From assembly GCF_051097895.1 (NCBI RefSeq), contig NZ_CP142525.1, positions 210,001 to 242,000 of the forward strand: a stretch of DNA of 32,000 nt, in the 5' to 3' direction. Below are positions 29,044 through 32,000 of this stretch, piece by piece; position 1 is the stretch's first letter, and each line of letters begins with the position of its first letter. Made by a program: the position numbers and the translations under genes. This DNA comes from Psychrobacter sp. HD31. Its GTDB lineage: Bacteria; Pseudomonadota; Gammaproteobacteria; Pseudomonadales; Moraxellaceae. The notes beneath the pieces were generated by a model, which was not told where the DNA came from, searched no databases, and saw only the letters and a list, made by a program, of their open reading frames with translations.

Positions 29044-32000
29044 TTAAATCATATCTCGTTTGGCATGCAAGTCTTGTAATTTATAGACACCAAATGGCAG
29101 TTGTACTGCAAACGCCTTACAAACGGCATCTGCTCCATTAAGTGTGGTTACATAAAAGACTTTGTTCTGCAACGCAGTACGGCGGATAGAGAAAGAGTCT
29201 TCTTGAGCTTGCTTACCTTCGGTTGTATTAATGATAAGTGTTATTTCATCATTTTTCAAGGCATCAACAATATGTGGTCGCCCTTCGTTTACTTTATTAA
29301 TACGTTCACACGCAATGCCTTGCTCGGCAAGGTGCTTTTGTGTGCCAGCAGTTGCAATTAGTTTAAAACCAAATCCTGCCAGTTGCTTGGCAACATTGGT
29401 TAGGGCAGCTTTATCACTATTACGCACAGATAAGAAGGCCTTTTTATCTTCGTTATCTGTTGATAAGCTTGGTATTGTTTGGTTACCACCGGTTACTGCT
29501 TTGTAATAAGCTTCGCCAAAGGTTTCCCCAACGCCCATAACTTCGCCAGTTGACTTCATTTCTGGGCTAAGGATTGGATCAACCCCAGGGAATTTAGCAA
29601 ACGGGAACACAGCCTCTTTTACAGCAAAAAATGATGGCTTGATTTCTTTGGTGAATTTTTGGCTCTCTAAACTCTGACCTGCCATACAACGTGCAGCAAC
29701 CTGAGCTAATGATGTACCAATCACTTTTGAGACATAAGGCACAGTACGAGAGGCACGAGGATTTACTTCTAAAATATATACCGTACCATCTTTAACTGCG
29801 TACTGTACGTTCATTAAACCAACCACACCAAGCTCTTTTGCCATAGCTATGGTTTGCTCACGCATGACATCGCAAACCTCATCAGACAACGAATAAGGCG
29901 GGATAGAGCAAGATGAATCGCCTGAGTGAACGCCTGCTTGTTCGATATGCTGCATGATACCGCCAATAACAACCTCATTGCCGTCGCTGATACAATCCAC
30001 ATCTACCTCAATTGCGTCATCCAAAAAGCGGTCTAACAGTACAGGGGCTTCGTTAGAGGCTTGTACAGCAGTTTTTAGATAATGCTTGAGTTCTTCTTCG
30101 TTATATACAATTTCCATTGCACGACCGCCTAGTACATAAGATGGGCGTACTACTAATGGGTAGCCAACTTCTTTTGCTTGAACCAATCCTTCTTCTAAGC
30201 TGGTTGCCAATGCATTTGGTGGTTGTATTAAGTTTAGGTCGTGAATCATTTTTTGGAAACGCTCACGGTCTTCGGCACGGTCAATGGCATCTGGGCTTGT
30301 GCCAATAATCTTAACGCCTTCTGCTTCTAATGCACGCGCCAGTTTTAGCGGCGTTTGCCCACCGTATTGTACAATCACGCCATCTGGGCTTTCGATACGT
30401 ACAATTTCTAGCACATCTTCTAGGGTAATTGGCTCAAAGTATAAGCGGTCTGATGTGTCATAGTCGGTAGAAACCGTTTCTGGGTTACAGTTAACCATAA
30501 TGGTTTCATAGCCGTCAGCACGCATGGCAAGTGCAGCATGCACACAGCAGTAATCAAACTCAATACCTTGACCGATGCGGTTAGGACCACCACCGATAAC
30601 CATGATTTTTTTCTTATCGCTTGGGTTTGCTTCACACTCTTCATCATAGCTTGAGTACATGTAGGCAGTTGAGGTTTCAAACTCAGCTGCACAAGTATCA
30701 ACACGTTTGTAAACCGGATAGACACCTAAATCCCAACGTTTGTTACGTAGGTCGTTTTGCGATACGTTAAGTAAGGTTGATAAACGAAGGTCAGATAAAC
30801 CTTTGCGTTTAAAGGCACGTAAAGTATCTGCTGTTAGGTTATCAAAACCAAGCTGTTTTACTTGTGCTTCTGTGTTAACGATGTCTTGAATTTGTACCAA
30901 AAACCATGGGTCAATTTTGTTGATTGCAAACACATCATCAATACTCATACCAGCACGGAAGGCATCGGCAATGTAATAAATACGGTCTGGTGTTGGTACG
31001 GTCAATTTGTTTTTAATTTCTGCCAAGGCTTTGCTTGGCTCAATAGCGGCTAAATCAATTTGTTCATCAAACCCAGTTGCGCCTGTTTCCATGCCACGTA
31101 GGGCTTTTTGCATAGACTCTTGGAAGTTGCGACCAATTGCCATTACCTCGCCAACCGATTTCATTTGGGTTGATAAAGTATTGTCTGCTTGAGGGAACTT
31201 CTCAAAGTTAAAACGAGGGATTTTAGTTACGACATAGTCGATAGATGGCTCAAAGCTTGCTGGCGTTTTGCCGCCTGTGATGTCATTTTGTAGTTCATCT
31301 AGCGTGTAACCAACCGCAAGTTTTGCTGCAATTTTGGCAATTGGGAAGCCAGTTGCTTTACTTGCTAATGCCGATGAGCGAGAAACACGAGGGTTCATCT
31401 CAATAACAACCATACGACCATCGACAGGGTTGATACCAAACTGTACGTTAGAACCACCGGTTTCGACACCAATTTCACGCAATACGGCTAGTGAGGCATT
31501 ACGCATGATTTGATATTCTTTATCAGTCAAGGTTTGAGCAGGGGCAACTGTGATTGAGTCGCCAGTGTGTACACCCATTGGGTCAAAGTTTTCGATAGAA
31601 CAAATGATGATACAGTTGTCATTTTTATCACGTACCACTTCCATCTCATATTCTTTCCAACCAATTAGTGATTCATCAATTAATAGCTGGTGAGTTGGCG
31701 ACATATCAAAGCCACGAGTACAAATCTCGACAAATTCATCTTTATTGTAAGCGATACCACCGCCAGAACCACCCATGGTGAATGATGGACGGATAATGCA
31801 AGGGAAGCCAACTTTTTCTTGAATGGCAAAAGCTTCGTCCATGGTTTCGGCAATGTCTGCACGTGGGCATTCTAAGCCGATTTTTTTCATGGCTTGGTCA
31901 AATAGGTCACGGTCTTCGGCTTTTTCAATCGCATTTTTGGTAGCACCAATGAGTTCGCATCCGTATTTTTCTAATACGCCGTGTTTGTCTAAATCTAAGG
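29044..32000 (-). CDS. carB: Carbamoyl-phosphate synthase large subunit (5' end outside the window)
   Basis: CarB similarity is continuous. The frame stays open upstream of the internal Met at 31890 (...[39 protein letters not shown]) to the window edge, so the ORF-track start is not the true start. About 100 N-terminal residues are missing. Confidence 0.95.
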   Translation of the reverse strand, partial: LDLDKHGVLEKYGCELIGATKNAIEKAEDRDLFDQAMKKIGLECPRADIAETMDEAFAIQEKVGFPCIIRPSFTMGGSGGGIAYNKDEFVEICTRGFDMSPTHQLLIDESLIGWKEYEMEVVRDKNDNCIIICSIENFDPMGVHTGDSITVAPAQTLTDKEYQIMRNASLAVLREIGVETGGSNVQFGINPVDGRMVVIEMNPRVSRSSALASKATGFPIAKIAAKLAVGYTLDELQNDITGGKTPASFEPSIDYVVTKIPRFNFEKFPQADNTLSTQMKSVGEVMAIGRNFQESMQKALRGMETGATGFDEQIDLAAIEPSKALAEIKNKLTVPTPDRIYYIADAFRAGMSIDDVFAINKIDPWFLVQIQDIVNTEAQVKQLGFDNLTADTLRAFKRKGLSDLRLSTLLNVSQNDLRNKRWDLGVYPVYKRVDTCAAEFETSTAYMYSSYDEECEANPSDKKKIMVIGGGPNRIGQGIEFDYCCVHAALAMRADGYETIMVNCNPETVSTDYDTSDRLYFEPITLEDVLEIVRIESPDGVIVQYGGQTPLKLARALEAEGVKIIGTSPDAIDRAEDRERFQKMIHDLNLIQPPNALATSLEEGLVQAKEVGYPLVVRPSYVLGGRAMEIVYNEEELKHYLKTAVQASNEAPVLLDRFLDDAIEVDVDCISDGNEVVIGGIMQHIEQAGVHSGDSSCSIPPYSLSDEVCDVMREQTIAMAKELGVVGLMNVQYAVKDGTVYILEVNPRASRTVPYVSKVIGTSLAQVAARCMAGQSLESQKFTKEIKPSFFAVKEAVFPFAKFPGVDPILSPEMKSTGEVMGVGETFGEAYYKAVTGGNQTIPSLSTDNEDKKAFLSVRNSDKAALTNVAKQLAGFGFKLIATAGTQKHLAEQGIACERINKVNEGRPHIVDALKNDEITLIINTTEGKQAQEDSFSIRRTALQNKVFYVTTLNGADAVCKAFAVQLPFGVYKLQDLHAKRDMI

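Overview
32-kb chromosomal window from a low-GC gammaproteobacterium. The 16S and 23S sequences look like Moraxellaceae (Psychrobacter/Moraxella group), judged from my recall of reference sequences. Gene order, left to right: (1) a transglutaminase-like gene and a TPP-riboswitch-controlled lipoprotein thiB, both on the minus strand; (2) rlmJ and pssA; (3) a complete enteric-style trpE-trpG-trpD-trpCF-trpB-trpA operon with an E. coli-like TrpR operator over its -10 and no attenuator; (4) a ~4.9-kb accessory stretch (11.03-15.95 kb) of small, unrelated, same-strand ORFs: a 77-aa hypothetical, a PD-(D/E)xK nuclease-like protein, a Zn-ribbon protein, a lipoprotein, GrpB and an SDR; (5) a full rrn operon with tandem P1/P2 promoters, 16S, tRNA-Ile, tRNA-Ala, 23S, 5S and a terminator; (6) a Fur-box-preceded 1065-aa TonB-dependent receptor gene; (7) a divergent thiolase / FabG4-like reductase pair; (8) greA and the 3' ~2.96 kb of carB, which runs off the right edge. 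The accessory ORFs are separated by structured repeats. ORF ends coincide with TAACAA-initiated imperfect hairpins that end in GTTA/GTTG, and GTTAGGT sits just upstream of starts. This resembles an integron cassette array with no integrase in the window. A second repeat family (a palindromic element plus a near-identical 40-bp box) fills the ORF-less spacers. The receptor gene is bracketed by a ~115-bp direct repeat of the 5S 3' half plus the rrn terminator. No tools were run: RNA ends are +/-5-10 nt, and the attC-like calls are hand-folded hypotheses.
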